From: Candidatus Sungbacteria bacterium RIFCSPLOWO2_02_FULL_51_17
GTDB taxonomy: Bacteria > Patescibacteriota > Minisyncoccia > Sungbacterales > GWA2-42-14
DNA length: 64,000 nt
NCBI GenBank assembly: GCA_001820785.1
Contig: MHQW01000047.1
Coordinates: 5,928 to 69,927 of the forward strand
Reading direction: 5' to 3'
Below, piece after piece: positions 63,117 to 64,000 of this stretch. The notes under the pieces are model-generated. The model worked only from the letters and a program-made list of their open reading frames with translations, ran no database searches and was not told where the DNA came from. Each line of letters opens with the position of its first letter. The first letter of the stretch is position 1. Position numbers and translations under genes: made by a program.

Positions 63117-64000
63117 TTACCTATTTCCGGCAACCGCACGCGCTCCATATTGCCGCGTGTAATATTCTTGGTACGACGCATCCATCACATGCTGTAACCA
63201 CTTGCTGTGTCCCCGGTACCAGGCGACCGTTTTTTCAAGCGCCTCGGCATGGGAGTACTGCGGCCGCCACCCAAGTTCGTTTCGTATCTTTTCGTCGTTG
63301 ATAGCATAGCGCCTATCATGCCCAGGCCGGTCTTCCACAAATGAAATAAGATCGTCGCCCTTACCCAAAAGCCGAAGTATGGCATGGAGAATATCGCGGT
63401 TCGTTTTTTCCTCGCCGCCGATGACATATGTTTCGCCTGCGCGGCCGCGCATTATGACCGCATCAAGCGCACGGACGTGGTCGTCAACGTGTATCCAGCT
63501 TCGCGACTGCAGGCCGTCTCCGTACACGGGTATCTTTTTTCCCGCAAGTGCATTCACGATCGCAAGCGGTATGAACTTTTCCGGAAACTGATACGGCCCG
63601 ACATTATTCCCGCAGTGGGTCACGATTGCCGGAAATCCGTAGGTGCGAAAGTATGCGTGCGCGAGGTGATCCCCCGCCGCTTTTGACGCGGCATACGGAC
63701 TTGATGGCGCGAATGGTGATACTTCGCTAAACTTTTTTTGGGGATCGGGCGGAAGATCGCCGAACACCTCATCGGTAGATACCTGGATGTATGTTTGTAC
63801 ACCGAGGGAACGCGCGGTATCAAGCATGACCTGTGTTCCCAGAACATTCGTCCGCATGAACGGGGCGGCATCCATGATGGAGCGATCAACATGTGATTCT
63901 GCCGCAAAATGAACCACGACATCGGCGCCCGCCATGTGCGTTTTCATGGCCGAGGCATCGGCAACATCTGCCCGCACGAATGCATACCGCGGATTTTGGG
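63117..64000 (-). CDS. rfbB: dTDP-glucose 4,6-dehydratase, partial (N-terminus beyond window end)
   Basis: The frame is open to the window edge (NPRYAFVRADVAD...). HFAAESHVDRSI...STDEVFGD...SPYAASKAAGDHL...NNVGPYQFPEKFIP...GDGLQSRSWIHVDDH. Confidence 0.9.
   Translation of the reverse strand, partial: QNPRYAFVRADVADASAMKTHMAGADVVVHFAAESHVDRSIMDAAPFMRTNVLGTQVMLDTARSLGVQTYIQVSTDEVFGDLPPDPQKKFSEVSPFAPSSPYAASKAAGDHLAHAYFRTYGFPAIVTHCGNNVGPYQFPEKFIPLAIVNALAGKKIPVYGDGLQSRSWIHVDDHVRALDAVIMRGRAGETYVIGGEEKTNRDILHAILRLLGKGDDLISFVEDRPGHDRRYAINDEKIRNELGWRPQYSHAEALEKTVAWYRGHSKWLQHVMDASYQEYYTRQYGARAVAGNR

Overview
This is a 64-kb bacterial window with compact gene packing and no sign of a non-standard genetic code. 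GC looks mid-50s % by eye, with a few sharply AT-rich islands. Some gene content recalls uncultivated Patescibacteria/CPR-type genomes: an orphan PurD-like ATP-grasp gene, giant O-antigen-ligase/TPR and YfhO membrane proteins, and a four-helix-bundle gene. That is only an impression.

The left ~10 kb is housekeeping and metabolism:
- A partial methylmalonyl-CoA mutase that is absent from the ORF track because it runs off the window edge.
- A polyamine module: a spermidine synthase fused to a divergent AdoMetDC-like domain, plus a canonical SpeH.
- HPF, a PurD-like ligase, MurB, a thiolase, and an ~870-bp non-coding gap with structured-RNA features.

From ~7.3 kb to the right edge the window is essentially one very large cell-surface glycan locus, almost entirely on the minus strand. 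Many neighbouring genes overlap by 4 nt. It contains:
- A WbaP-type priming transferase, four GT4 and one GT2 glycosyltransferases, and three uncharacterised GT-B-like proteins.
- A Wzx-type flippase, an O-antigen-ligase/TPR protein and a YfhO protein.
- Two separate, diverged NeuA/NeuC/NeuB nonulosonic-acid modules.
- A transaldolase-GmhA-HddA-GmhB heptose module.
- Gmd, an RmlD-like reductase and RmlB deoxysugar genes.
- A DegT aminotransferase, an AsnB-type amidotransferase, a deacetylase, an O-acetyltransferase and methyltransferases.
- A B12-binding radical SAM enzyme and two C-terminally truncated UDP-glucose-dehydrogenase-like paralogs.

The most unusual items are:
- A SucC-like/SucD-like/citryl-CoA-lyase-like trio (a split ATP-citrate-lyase-type enzyme set) embedded in the glycan operon and interrupted by an AT-rich island.
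- The SpeE-AdoMetDC-like fusion, preceded by a leader carrying three copies of one hairpin.
- A family of GAATTAGAGAAT palindromic elements, two of which bracket an ArsR-family regulator.
- A four-helix-bundle (Avd/IVS-type) gene bounded by perfect 15-bp inverted repeats made of TCTAAWT heptamers. The same heptamers recur at other gene junctions.

I found no rRNA, tRNA, CRISPR array, intact transposase or prophage.
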